A stretch of DNA of 64,000 nucleotides from an uncultured Chloroflexia bacterium (GTDB lineage: Bacteria; Chloroflexota; Chloroflexia; QHBQ01; JADMIH01), in NCBI GenBank assembly GCA_963837315.1, contig CAWINE010000002.1, positions 458,505 through 522,504 on the forward strand. Reading direction: 5' to 3'. This document shows, in pieces, positions 38,236 to 47,676 of this stretch. A program made the position numbers and the translations under genes. The notes under the pieces are model-generated. The model ran no database searches. It saw only the letters and a list, made by a program, of their open reading frames with translations, and was not told the origin of the DNA. Within the stretch, counting starts at the first letter, position 1. Each line of letters opens with the position of its first letter.

Positions 38236-39253
38236 ATGCAAGTACCATCTAACACACAGTCCTTCTACGACACCCTCTTCAACGCCGACTTCATGCGGAA
38301 GCTGGAGCGGTTGTCACTGGTCAGCCGCAAGCTGAAAGCAGGGCGGATGAAAGGCGAGCGCCGCAGCCCCAAGCGCGGGCAGTCGGTCGAGTTCGCTGAT
38401 TATCGCAATTACACACACGGTGACGATTTGCGCCGGGTCGACTGGAACGCTTACGCTCGAATGGAGCGCCTTTTCATCAAGCTCTTTCAGGAAGAGGAGG
38501 ATCTTACAGTTCACTTGCTGCTCGATGCGAGCAAGTCGATGGATTGGGGCGACCCGAACGATATCACCCTTACGGCACCGGTAGCTCCGGTCGATTCTGG
38601 AGGTGCGTGCGATCGGGGGGGTGGTGGCTCCTGCACCTGGCACGAACACTCACGACCAGAATAAGCTGGTCTATGCCAGGCGAATGGCAGCGGCGCTCGG
38701 ATATATTACCCTCTCGAACCTTGATAGGCTGAGCCTCACCGCTTTCAGTCAGGCCGGGTTGCAGCGATTTTCGGCGGTGCGAGGGAAGGGACACGCGGTG
38801 TCGCTCTTGCGCTTCATCGCGGGGGTAAAGGCGGAGGGCACGACAAACCTCGATCTCATGCTGCGCCAGTACGCAAGCCAGGCACGCTACCCCGGCCTCC
38901 TCTTCGTGCTCAGCGATTTGCTTGTGGAAGGCGGCGGCATAGAGGGTCTGAAGGCTTTGCAGGCCGCGGGCCATGAGGTGAACGTGCTGCATATACTGGC
39001 CCCGGCCGAGATCCACCCCGAGCTGGCCTTGATTGGCGATCTTCGCCTCAAAGATATAGAGACGGGCGCGACCCAGGAGGTGTCAATAGATGGCGGCATC
39101 CTCGACCTCTATCGCGAGAAGTTCGAGGCATGGCAGTCCGAGATCGAGGAGTTCTGCCGCCGCCGAGGCATCAACTACATGCAGATAACAACCGACCAGC
39201 CCTTCGAGGACCTGGTGCTTCACTACCTGCGCAGGCGGGGAATACTGACCTGA
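38236..39253 (+). pseudogene. DUF58 domain protein, frameshift at a G7 run
   Basis: GERRSPKRGQSVEFADYRNYTHGDDLRRVDWNAYARMERLFIKLFQEEED lies in ORF 38236..38664. KLVYARRMAAALGYITLSNLDRLSL lies in ORF 38603..39253. The frames change around GGGGGGG at 38614..38620. Confidence 0.8.
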
Positions 39254-39303
39254 ATTCTTAATTTTGAATTCTGAGTTAATTTAGAATTCAAAATTAAGAA
39301 TTC
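39252..39303. terminator. Perfect 21-bp AT-rich hairpin overlapping the DUF58 stop codon
   Basis: GAATTCTTAATTTTGAATTCT gagttaattt AGAATTCAAAATTAAGAATTC. Confidence 0.6.
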
Positions 39304-39488
39304 GCTTATGAAGCAAGTCGTTGCCGGCCGCTTTGCTGGTGACCGTGCACTGTGAGGGTTGCCCATTCTTCGTGACTGGCGACGAAAGGCCTGGCGCCAG
39401 GGGATGGTTGGGCTGCGAACTTCAGACCCGGTTGCGCCGGTGGGCTGTGCTATCACGGGAGCCGCTGGCGTGCTGCCGGTTGTCGGTT

Positions 39489-39562
39489 GATGAGCTTGCG
39501 AACTATTGCCGGTAGGCGGACCACCGGTCACAGGGCTACCGGCAATAGTTCGCAAGCTCATC
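39489..39562. repeat. 27-bp perfect inverted repeat with a 20-nt loop, inside the degenerate LarC tail
   Basis: GATGAGCTTGCGAACTATTGCCGGTAG gcggaccaccggtcacaggg CTACCGGCAATAGTTCGCAAGCTCATC. Confidence 0.85.
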
Positions 39563-40516
39563 GACTGATTGCTGGCTACCTGGTGTAAAGTATCACCGAT
39601 AAATAAGCGAACGAGGTTCGGGGCTTCCGTAAGGTCGTACTTGCCTGCTCCGTACCCAACCGCTTCGATTTTCATGGCGGGAACGGCGCCGAAGGCAGAT
39701 GCTATGGTGGTAATGATGGCTGCTCCAATGGGGGTGACCATCTCGCCTGCCATATGGCTGCCGTAGACGGGCACCGAAGCTGTCCGGAGGATCTCAGTAG
39801 CCACGGGCGACAGGGCGGGTCTGATGCCCACAGCGCTGTATGTCACTCCGCTGCCAACTGAATCGGCGAACATTCCACTCTGCCGATACCGAGCAGCGAT
39901 AGCCCCGCCACTACCCCGACCACTGTCACCATGTCGGTAACCCGGCTCGGTTCCACATTCATATTGCCATTTTGGGGCGAAATTGCCGCCTCCGCCTGCT
40001 CGAGCCTGTGGAAGATTGCCAGTGAGGTTTGCTTAATCAGGTCAGGCAGAGAGCTTTTGCCTATAATCTGGGAGGTAGACAAGAGCTGCAAACTATTGTG
40101 CTGATCCGAACTTCCGGCCCTGTTGCCATTGCGCCGGGGCGGGCCGTTATGGGAGGTGGCTTTTTCAATAACGTTCAAATAAGTGCCCGACAGCTCTTTG
40201 CGGACGACGCCTTGCACGTCCAGCTCAAAGCCGCAGGCACATAGGCCGGATAGCACCCGCTGCAGCGCACCAGGTGATAACCCCGCACCAATCAGCGCGG
40301 CGAGTAGCATTTCGCCTGATATACCGGCGAAGCAGTCGAAGTAGGCGATACGCATCGGGTTCTTTCTAGCCTGGAGATTCGGTGGATTTTTGGACGTATG
40401 ATTTTCGATTCTGGGTTGCTTGCTCAACCTGGAATCTGAATTTAAATCCGGGGAAAGTTCGCCTTATTATAACCGAGCAACCGCCCATGTAAACGGCCAC
40501 TTTGTATAAGCGTTAG

Positions 40517-42496
40517 TTATGCTTGTGAGGCTGTGGTATTAGTACCAGTGGGCAGTGAGCAGTGGGCAGTGGGCAGCATGCCCACTGCCCATCCGTGCGT
40601 CACTGGCTCACTGCCCACTGGACTCGTACTCCCGCCTACAACTTCCCGTGTCGCTAGCTCTTCGAGGTCGTCGGTTGGGGGCAATTCTTCCAGGGGAAGA
40701 CCGGCGGCGCTCTTTGTGTAAAGGCGATAATAGAGGCCGGCATGCGCCAGCAGCTCGCGGTGGGTGCCTATCTCCACCAGGCGACCGGCTTCGATGACGG
40801 CGATTTTGTCGGCGCGCTCCACGGTGGTGAGTCGATGGGCAATGATAAGAGTGGTACGCCCCTTCATCAGCCTGTCGAGCGCGTCGCGCACCAGCCGCTC
40901 GCTCTCATTGTCGAGCGACGACGTGGCTTCGTCCAGTATCAGGATGCGAGGGTCACGCAGGATGGCGCGGGCGATGGCCACTCGCTGGCGCTGCCCGCCG
41001 GACAGCTTTACCCCACGCTCGCCGACAATGCTCCGGTAGCCATCCGGGAAGTCGATAATGAAGTTATGAGCGTTGGCTGCGCGCGCAGCGTCCTCGACTT
41101 CGGCCTCGGTGGCGTCCAGGCGGCCGTAGGCGATGTTGTCGTATATTGTGCCGCCGAATAACTGCGGGTCCTGTGGAACGATAGCGATGGCGTCGCGCAA
41201 ACTGTTCATTGTAAGGTCCCGCACGTCCTGGCCGTCAACGAGCACAGCACCATCCGCCACATCGTAGAAGCGCGGCACCAGGCTGGCAAGGGTCGTCTTG
41301 CCAGCGCCGCTTGGCCCAACCAGGGCCATGACGGTTCCCTCCTCAATCTTGAGCGATAACTCCTTGAGTACGTCCGGGCCGTTCACGTAATGGAAAGTGA
41401 TATCGCGTAGCTCAACTTCGCCACGGGCCGGAGCCGGCAGAGGCACCGCGCCCGGCGAATCCTTGATATCGGGCTCGGTGTCGAGGATCTCGAAGAGCCT
41501 GTGAGCCGCGCCGCTTGCCTCCTGAAACTGGGCGTACACCCCGGTGAGAGCGCTGATTGGAGCGGTTGCCATGATTATGTAAAGTGGAAGTATGAATAAC
41601 TGGCCGGGAGAAAGGTTGCCGTTCAGCACTTCGTTCCCGCCGAACCACATGATACCGGCCAGCGCGGCGAAGCTGATCAGGGTGATGAACGAGATGAAGA
41701 CGGAGCGCGTGCGGATGCGCATGAGGCCCACATTGAACGACTCTTCCACGGCGCTGCCATAGCGCCCGATCTCGTAATCTTCCCGCCCGAAGGCCTTGAC
41801 AACACGTGGTGCGGTCAGCGTTTCCTCAAGCACGGTTGTAGCGACGCCGAGGGCCGCCTGCGCTCTCTCCGACATCCCCCGCAGGCGCCTACCAAAGAGT
41901 ATGCCCGTAAGCATTACCGGCGGTACCACCACGAGCACCAGCGCTATCAGCCGCCAATCGATGAGGATGATCATGGTCAAACCGCCCACCAGGGTAAGCA
42001 CCTGGCCGAGCGGGCCGATCAGGTTGTTGGTGAGGCCGGCCTGCACCACAGTGACGTCGTTGCTGAGGCGCGAGGTAAGCTCTCCCACCCGCTGGTTATC
42101 GTAGAAACCGAGCGAGAGGCGCTGAAGGTGAGTGAAGACGCTCTTACGCACGTCGGCCACCAGCCGCTCGCCTGTATAAGAGATGAGATACGTTTGTCCG
42201 AAGTTGAACACAGCCTGTACCAGGAAAACGCCCACAAGCACCAGAGCGCTGGCGGTCATCATTCCCACATCCTTGTAGGTGATGGCGCTATCCACGATAC
42301 GCTGCAAGAGCAAGGGGAAAGAAAGCTGCAGCAAAGTGGATACTGCCAGGCACACGGCCGATACAATCAGCAATTTCCAGTAGGGGCGGGCAAGACGGAT
42401 GAGGCGAGCCAGCGTGGCGCGGTCAGGCGGACGAGCGTGGTCCTCGTCGTTGTCCTTGGCGCGCCCTCGCCTGTAAGAGCTTGGGCGAACTATCAA
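40517..42496 (-). CDS. ABC exporter, fused permease/ATPase (MsbA/ABCB-like)
   Basis: 659 aa with a six-TM domain, Walker A GPSGAGKTT, signature LSGGQRQR and Walker B ILILDEATS. The C-terminal tail of about 60 aa runs into a repeat hairpin. Confidence 0.9.
   Translation of the reverse strand: MIVRPSSYRRGRAKDNDEDHARPPDRATLARLIRLARPYWKLLIVSAVCLAVSTLLQLSFPLLLQRIVDSAITYKDVGMMTASALVLVGVFLVQAVFNFGQTYLISYTGERLVADVRKSVFTHLQRLSLGFYDNQRVGELTSRLSNDVTVVQAGLTNNLIGPLGQVLTLVGGLTMIILIDWRLIALVLVVVPPVMLTGILFGRRLRGMSERAQAALGVATTVLEETLTAPRVVKAFGREDYEIGRYGSAVEESFNVGLMRIRTRSVFISFITLISFAALAGIMWFGGNEVLNGNLSPGQLFILPLYIIMATAPISALTGVYAQFQEASGAAHRLFEILDTEPDIKDSPGAVPLPAPARGEVELRDITFHYVNGPDVLKELSLKIEEGTVMALVGPSGAGKTTLASLVPRFYDVADGAVLVDGQDVRDLTMNSLRDAIAIVPQDPQLFGGTIYDNIAYGRLDATEAEVEDAARAANAHNFIIDFPDGYRSIVGERGVKLSGGQRQRVAIARAILRDPRILILDEATSSLDNESERLVRDALDRLMKGRTTLIIAHRLTTVERADKIAVIEAGRLVEIGTHRELLAHAGLYYRLYTKSAAGLPLEELPPTDDLEELATREVVGGSTSPVGSEPVTHGWAVGMLPTAHCSLPTGTNTTASQA
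40545..40621. repeat. Inverted GGGCAGT heptamer arrays centred on GCATGC, inside the 3' end of the ABC ORF
   Basis: CCAGTGGGCAGTGAGCAGTGGGCAGTGGGCAGC atg CCCACTGCCC...CTCACTGCCCACTGG. Confidence 0.85.
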
Positions 42497-42566
42497 GTCA
42501 TTTGTCCTGAGATGGTTATAAGATATGCCGCAGGGATTCAGGTGGGCAGTTTATTATACGCGAAGC

Positions 42567-42627
<61 letters not shown>

Positions 42628-42649
42628 AGGATCAGACACGGTAAAGCGA

Positions 42650-42745
42650 AAGAGGGGGTGCAGGGGCGCTCCCCTGCCGGGGCCGGGGGTGTCCCCCGAA
42701 ACTTCCTATTCCCTAATATCCCTCACGAAAATCCACTAGGGGCTG
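42650..42745 (+). repeat. GC-rich dispersed element, copy B
   Basis: GGGGGTGCAGGGGCGCTCCCCTGCCGGGGCCGGGGGTGTCCCCCGAAACTTCCTATTCCCTAATATC... Confidence 0.9.
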
Positions 42746-42751
42746 GCGCAG

Positions 42752-42847
42752 GATCGGGGGTGCAGGGGCGCTCCCCTGCCGGGGCCGGGGGTGTCCCCGA
42801 AACTCCCTATTCCCCAATATCTTTCATGAACATGCACCAGGGGCTAG
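42752..42847 (+). repeat. GC-rich dispersed element, copy C (tandem to B)
   Basis: Near-identical to copy B over about 95 nt. Confidence 0.9.
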
Positions 42848-42908
42848 TGACCGGTGACCGGTGACCAGGCGACGATCATCTACTGACAACTGACAACTGA
42901 CAACTTGG
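42848..42908. repeat. Heptamer-word array (GTGACCG x3, CTGACAA x3)
   Basis: Read directly. Confidence 0.85.
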
Positions 42909-42911
42909 TCA

Positions 42912-43589
42912 TCATGGATCAGGGATAATAAGGTATTGGCCCGTGTAAATCGTCGTGCTGCCAAGGCGGTTGCGCCGCATGATGGCGCTCACAGTGGTGT
43001 GGAAGCGGACAGCCAGCCCTGAGAGGGTATCACCTCGCCGAACGTAGTAGGGAACATCGATTATCACAGCGGCCGGCCGGATTGCGGGCGGCGCCGGTAC
43101 GGGTGTGGGCGGTGCAGAGAGCAAAGGCGTTTCAGTCGGTAGAGGAAGAAGCTGTGGGGGTGAGGCCTCCGGCGGAGGGGTGCCTGTGAAGGGTAGTGCG
43201 GCGGCTGTAAGCGTCGGCCGTACGAGCGTTTCGGTCGGTGGCGCAGGCACTGAGGTCGGAGTGGAAAGCTCTGATGTACGAGTAGGTGCGGGGGGTGGAA
43301 CAGGAGTGTCTGTAGGCAGACGAGGTGGAACAGGCGTGGAGGTGGGCAGAACAGGTTGTGCGGTAGATGTGGCTTGTGGCGGAATGACAGTGACGGAGGT
43401 TGGACCTGCCAGAAAGCTTACAACTGTGGGCTGAGGAGTGAGGGCCTCACTCGAAACACCGGCGGAGCGATGCCCCAGCACCCAGGCCAGAAGAGCAGCT
43501 GCCACCAGCAGATTAAGCACGCTGAAAGCCAGGATAAGTGCAGAGCGGGGAGCACCCGGCGCAGGGCTAGGAGAAGGCTGAAAAAACAT
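42912..43589 (-). CDS. LysM-domain membrane-anchored protein
   Basis: N-terminal TM helix, a Pro/Thr-rich spacer and a C-terminal LysM domain (YYVRRGDTLSGLAVRFHTTVSAIMRRNRL...GQYLIIP). Confidence 0.8.
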   Translation of the reverse strand: MFFQPSPSPAPGAPRSALILAFSVLNLLVAAALLAWVLGHRSAGVSSEALTPQPTVVSFLAGPTSVTVIPPQATSTAQPVLPTSTPVPPRLPTDTPVPPPAPTRTSELSTPTSVPAPPTETLVRPTLTAAALPFTGTPPPEASPPQLLPLPTETPLLSAPPTPVPAPPAIRPAAVIIDVPYYVRRGDTLSGLAVRFHTTVSAIMRRNRLGSTTIYTGQYLIIPDP

Positions 43590-43754
43590 GGATTAGCAAA
43601 AGACCTGTACGAGAGTGCATCCTGATGGTCCCTTCCTCCACTCTAATTGTAAGCCAATAAGCGTATTCTGAGCGTGCTCAGAATGGGGTATATAAGGATT
43701 ACCCCAGGATAAGGTTTGCAAGTAATACAGCCGGAGAGCCAGGAACCTAACCCC

Positions 43755-43784
43755 TTGACAGCCTAACCTTCGGGCAGATACTAT
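43755..43784 (+). promoter_or_regulatory. Candidate sigma-70-type promoter upstream of deoC
   Basis: TTGACA, then 17-18 nt, then TACTAT. Sequence resemblance only. Confidence 0.35.
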
Positions 43785-43801
43785 GCTAGAAAGACCAGTG
43801 A

Positions 43802-43857
43802 ACGTAATTCACGAATTACGAATTACGAATTGACGGGGAGCTGTGATTTGTAATTCG
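43802..43857. repeat. GAATTAC heptamer array with an inverted partner
   Basis: CGTAATTCACGAATTACGAATTACGAATTG ... TTGTAATTCG. Confidence 0.8.
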
Positions 43858-43877
43858 CAAAGCGCAGGGGTGGCGAA

Positions 43878-44942
43878 ATGACAGATATTGCGAAAGAGAC
43901 GCACCGAATAGGCGCGGATGGGAAGCATAACGGGCACAGAGGCGGGAACGGCTCATCGCCCGCTCATGCTACCGAGCACACGACGGGCACAGCTATCGAG
44001 CGAAATCCCGGCACGCCACTCGACCTCGACTGGGTGTACAGCACGCGCATCAACCGGAGCGCCGTTGAGCGCAGGGCCGCTACCCTGGTCACGCGCCGCA
44101 CCGTCAAAAAGGAGTGGCAGGCAGCCTGGCTCCTCCGCGCCATTACCTGCCTCGACCTCACCACTCTCTCCGGCGACGACACCCCCGGCAACGTAATCAG
44201 GCTATGCGCAAAAGCCCGCCGTCCGGTGCGCGCCGATATTTTGCAGGCTTTGGGCGCCGAGCGGCTCAGTATCAAAGTTGGTGCGGTGTGCGTATACCAC
44301 AATCTCGTGCCCGTAGCCGTTCAGGCCCTGGAAGGCTCGGGCATACCTGTAGCCGCCGTCTCTACAGGCTTCCCCGCCGCGCAAATCAGCTTCGATGAGA
44401 AAATCGAGGAGATCCACCGCTCCGTAGAAGCAGGCGCGAAAGAGATCGATATCGTCATCTCGCGCGCCCACGTACTGACGGGCAACTGGCAGGCGCTCTA
44501 CGACGAGGTAAAGGCGTTCCGCGAAGCATGCGGGGAAGCCCACATGAAATCCATCCTGGCCACCGGCGAGCTTGCCACCCTCCGCAACGTCTACCAGGCC
44601 AGCATCGTATGCATGATGGCAGGCTCCGATTTCATCAAGACCTCCACCGGCAAAGAGACCGTCAATGCCACCCTGCCCGTAAGCCTGGTGATGGTGCGCG
44701 CCATCCGTGAATACCTTGACAGGACCGGCTACAAGGTCGGTTTCAAGCCCGCAGGCGGTATCCGTACGGCCAAGCAATCCCTCGATTGGCTCATCCTGAT
44801 GAAAGAAGAGCTTGGCACCGAATGGCAAATGCCCAACCTCTTCCGCATCGGCGCCAGCTCCCTCCTGACCGACATCGAGCGCCAACTGGAGTTCTTCGTC
44901 ACAGGGCGGTATTCGGCAGCATACCGGCACCCGATGCCTTAG
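43878..44942 (+). CDS. deoC: Deoxyribose-phosphate aldolase (long form)
   Basis: LTTLSGDDTPGNV, the VCVYH block, EIDIVI, the Schiff-base region FIKTSTGK and GFKPAGGIR. Confidence 0.9.
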   Translation: MTDIAKETHRIGADGKHNGHRGGNGSSPAHATEHTTGTAIERNPGTPLDLDWVYSTRINRSAVERRAATLVTRRTVKKEWQAAWLLRAITCLDLTTLSGDDTPGNVIRLCAKARRPVRADILQALGAERLSIKVGAVCVYHNLVPVAVQALEGSGIPVAAVSTGFPAAQISFDEKIEEIHRSVEAGAKEIDIVISRAHVLTGNWQALYDEVKAFREACGEAHMKSILATGELATLRNVYQASIVCMMAGSDFIKTSTGKETVNATLPVSLVMVRAIREYLDRTGYKVGFKPAGGIRTAKQSLDWLILMKEELGTEWQMPNLFRIGASSLLTDIERQLEFFVTGRYSAAYRHPMP

Positions 44943-45495
44943 GGACAAGCATGAACTTTGAAAGTCGAAATATAAATCCATAACAGAAAGGTCGATAGAA
45001 ATAGAAATGGTACAAAAACTAGGAAACGAACAGAAACAAGAGAACAAAGAACCTACCAGGAGGCGCTCATTACTTGCATGACAACCCGGTTCCAATTCGA
45101 GTGGACAAAGGCGGTGCCGTACGCGTGGGGCCAACACGGGTAGACGCTCGATAAGCTTATAGGCACCTCGACGACGGGGCAAGTGCCAAGAGATCGTGCG
45201 TCGCTTTCCGACCCTGCGATTGGTAGATCATCTGAGCAGCATAGCATGGCGTTAGAAATGTCTTCCACAATGCAACCGGACGACCAACCGTCCCTATCGC
45301 AATATTATTAACACAGGGAAAGATCGGTCTGAGCAAAGCAGGTTAATAGAGACCTACAACTGAGCAAAACTGCACGAGATCAATACGAGGCAGCATCTAC
45401 GACTTCCTAGGCGGGCAACGGAAGTCGATCGAGCTAAATGATAAAACGTTAAATCAACTTTACGCTGATCGTATAGTTGAGTAAAGGAGCAGACA

Positions 45496-45714
45496 TTGAA
45501 AGTGTACGAATTCCCTGCAAAAATTGGCCCCAAGGCAGCCTTGAACTACCGGGAGCCCTGGTCAAGTCATTGGCAAACGAGGAGATGGTTCGCGTGATAA
45601 TCGTGGTAAATGAAGCCAGAGACTGAAGAGGATACAGAATGGTCTCGGTTCGCTCTCGACCAACTCCTGAGCTCAATACGATGACGCCGACGGGATCTAC
45701 GATAACTATAGCCC
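45496..45714 (+). pseudogene. AbrB/MazE-like antitoxin remnant
   Basis: AAGGAG lies 6 nt before a TTG start. KVYEFPAKIGPK, then SLELPGALVKSLANEEMVRVIIVVNEA, then PETEEDTEWSRFALDQLL are readable only by changing frame repeatedly. Confidence 0.4.
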
Positions 45715-46030
45715 ATGCCAAATACCAGCCTGGCGATGTAGTTCTAGATGACCCTCCAATTCAGTAGCCGGAACCGGAGCGAAGCGACGACCCGCGCTAG
45801 TGCTGCTAGAAACGGGGATGCAGATATAATTGTTGTGCCGATAACCAGCCGAACAGGCGATACCTCTTCGATATCACTAACAAGAGTGGCAAAGAGCAGG
45901 ACTACTTTTACCGTCTGTTGTGCGCGTGCATAAGCCGCGACTGCTGAAAAGCGTTTGGTGGAGCGCACCTTGGAACCCTACCAGCGAATGATTGGGCACA
46001 GGTGCACGCAAAGGTGATGGAACTTAGGCA
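45715..46030 (+). pseudogene. PemK/MazF-family toxin remnant
   Basis: KYQPGDVVL, KRRPALVLL, DADIIVVPITSRTGD and PSVVRVHK...RTLGTLPANDWAQVHAKVMEL are found in three different frames within about 300 nt. Confidence 0.5.
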
Positions 46031-46051
46031 AGCATCTAAGGGAGAGCGACT

Positions 46052-47540
46052 ATGGCAACCGTAGCCGACATATTCGAGACAATGGAATACGGCCCCGCGC
46101 CGGAAGCGGGCAAGCCGGGCCTCGACTGGATAGCCGAGCGCCAGCCTTTCGGCCTCTTCATCGGCGGCGAATGGCGCAAGCCTTCCGGCGGGCAGTACTT
46201 CGAGAGCGCCAACCCCGCCAACGGCAAGACCCTCGCCAGGATCGCCAAAGGCACGGCAGAGGACGTGGACATCGCGGTCGCCGCCGCACGCAAAGCCTTC
46301 GACGGCTGGAGCAAGACCCCCGGCCACGTCCGCGCCCGCTACCTCTACGCCATCGCCCGCCAGATCCAGAAGCATTCGCGCCTGCTCGCCGTGCTCGAGA
46401 GCCTGGACAACGGCAAGACAATCCGCGAGACCCGCGACATCGACATTCCCGCTGGTGGCGCGCCATTTCTATTACCACGCGGGCTGGGCGCAGCTGATGG
46501 AGAGCGAGCTGCCCGGCATGGTGCCGGTCGGCGTGGTCGGCCAGATCATCCCCTGGAACTTCCCGCTCCTGATGATGGCCTGGAAGATCGCGCCCGCCCT
46601 CGCGATGGGCAACACTGTCGTGCTCAAGCCCGCCAGCTACACGCCTATCACTGCTCTCGCCTTCGCCGAGATTTGCCGCGAGGTCGGGCTGCCCCCGGGC
46701 GTGGTCAATATCGTCACAGGCGATGCGCGAGACGCAGGCGAGGCTATTCTCAAGCACCCCGACATCAACAAGATCGCCTTCACCGGCTCAACTGACGTTG
46801 GCCGCCATATCAGGCAGGTGACGGCGGGCAGCGGCAAGCGCCTCTCGCTGGAGCTTGGCGGCAAATCGCCCTTTCATCGTCTTTGACGACTCCGGACCTG
46901 GATAGCGTGGTGGAGGGCGTGGTGGACGCCATCTGGTTCAACCAGGGGCAGGTATGCTGCGCGGGATCGCGCCTGCTGGTGCAGGAGGATATTGCCGAGC
47001 GGCTCGAAGGCAAGCTGCGCGAGCGAATGGAGCGCCTGCGCCTGGGCGACCCGCTCGACAAGGCTATGGACATCGGCGCGATCGTCGGGCCTGTGCAGCT
47101 TGAGCAAATTAGGCAATTGGTCAAGACCGGCGAAGAAGAAGGCGCGACCCTCTGGCAGCCGTCGTGGTCTTGCCCCACCGAGGGCAGCTTTCTTCCCGCC
47201 AACCCTCTTCACCAACGTGTCGCCCGCCGTCCACTATCGCCCAGATGGAGATATTCGGCCCGGTGCTGGTCTCGATGACCTTCCGGACGCCCGCCGAGGC
47301 GGTAGCCCTGGCCAACAACACGCGCTATGGCCTGGCCGCCTCCGTCTGGAGCGAGAATATCAACCTGGCCCTCGACGTGGCGCGCAAGCTGAAGGCGGGC
47401 ACGGTCTGGATCAACAGCACCAACCTCTTCGACGCGGCCTCCGGCTTCGGCGGCTACCGCGAGAGCGGCTACGGCCGCGAAGGGGGCAAAGAGGGGCTGT
47501 ACGAGTACGTGCGCCCGGCCTGGGAAGTGAGCGGAAGCGA
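46052..47540 (+). pseudogene. NAD(P)-dependent aldehyde dehydrogenase, 4 frameshifts
   Basis: [75 protein letters not shown] and EIFGPVL. Shifts lie near 46455, 46880, 47185 and 47228. No stop is seen in the final frame before the next gene. Confidence 0.85.
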
Positions 47541-47676
47541 CGACCGACGATCGACGCATAAGACGACCCAAGACGTAACGGCCACGACCGGCCGCATAGC
47601 AACGAGGCACGATGATGAAAACCCTGCAATCCGCACTCCGCAGTCCGCAATCCCGGCCATCGACCGCACCCCGAAG

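Larger units (their letters stand above)
39223..40355 (-). pseudogene. LarC-like (DUF111) nickel-insertion protein, N-terminal part only, frameshifted and degenerate
   Basis: MRIAYFDCFAGISGEMLLAALIGAG at the ATG 40355, then GSGVTYSAVGIRPALSPVATEIL after a shift near 39860. Beyond about 39600 the frame encodes only low-complexity sequence, and no C-terminal LarC domain is found in any frame. Confidence 0.55.

Noticed and set aside
39490-39506. Exact 17-mer ATGAGCTTGCGAACTAT shared between the LarC inverted repeat and the histidine kinase gene (60089..60105), suggesting an in-gene palindromic insertion element
   Set aside because: One 17-mer match among all position pairs in a 64 kb compositionally biased window is close to chance expectation. 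No inverted partner or extended similarity is present at the kinase site.
45060-45330. BrnT-like toxin remnant (FQFEWTKA...HG) in the 5' part of the low-GC island
   Set aside because: Only a short FEW...HG resemblance. The remainder could not be aligned convincingly in any frame combination, so it is too weak to call.
47541-47676. Genuine two-domain fusion of ALDH and ALDH-like proteins
   Set aside because: It is not accepted as the default. The linker is made of words that are otherwise intergenic, and the surrounding 2.4 kb contains about 10 frame errors, so a lost stop codon is at least as likely. It is kept as an open question in the findings.
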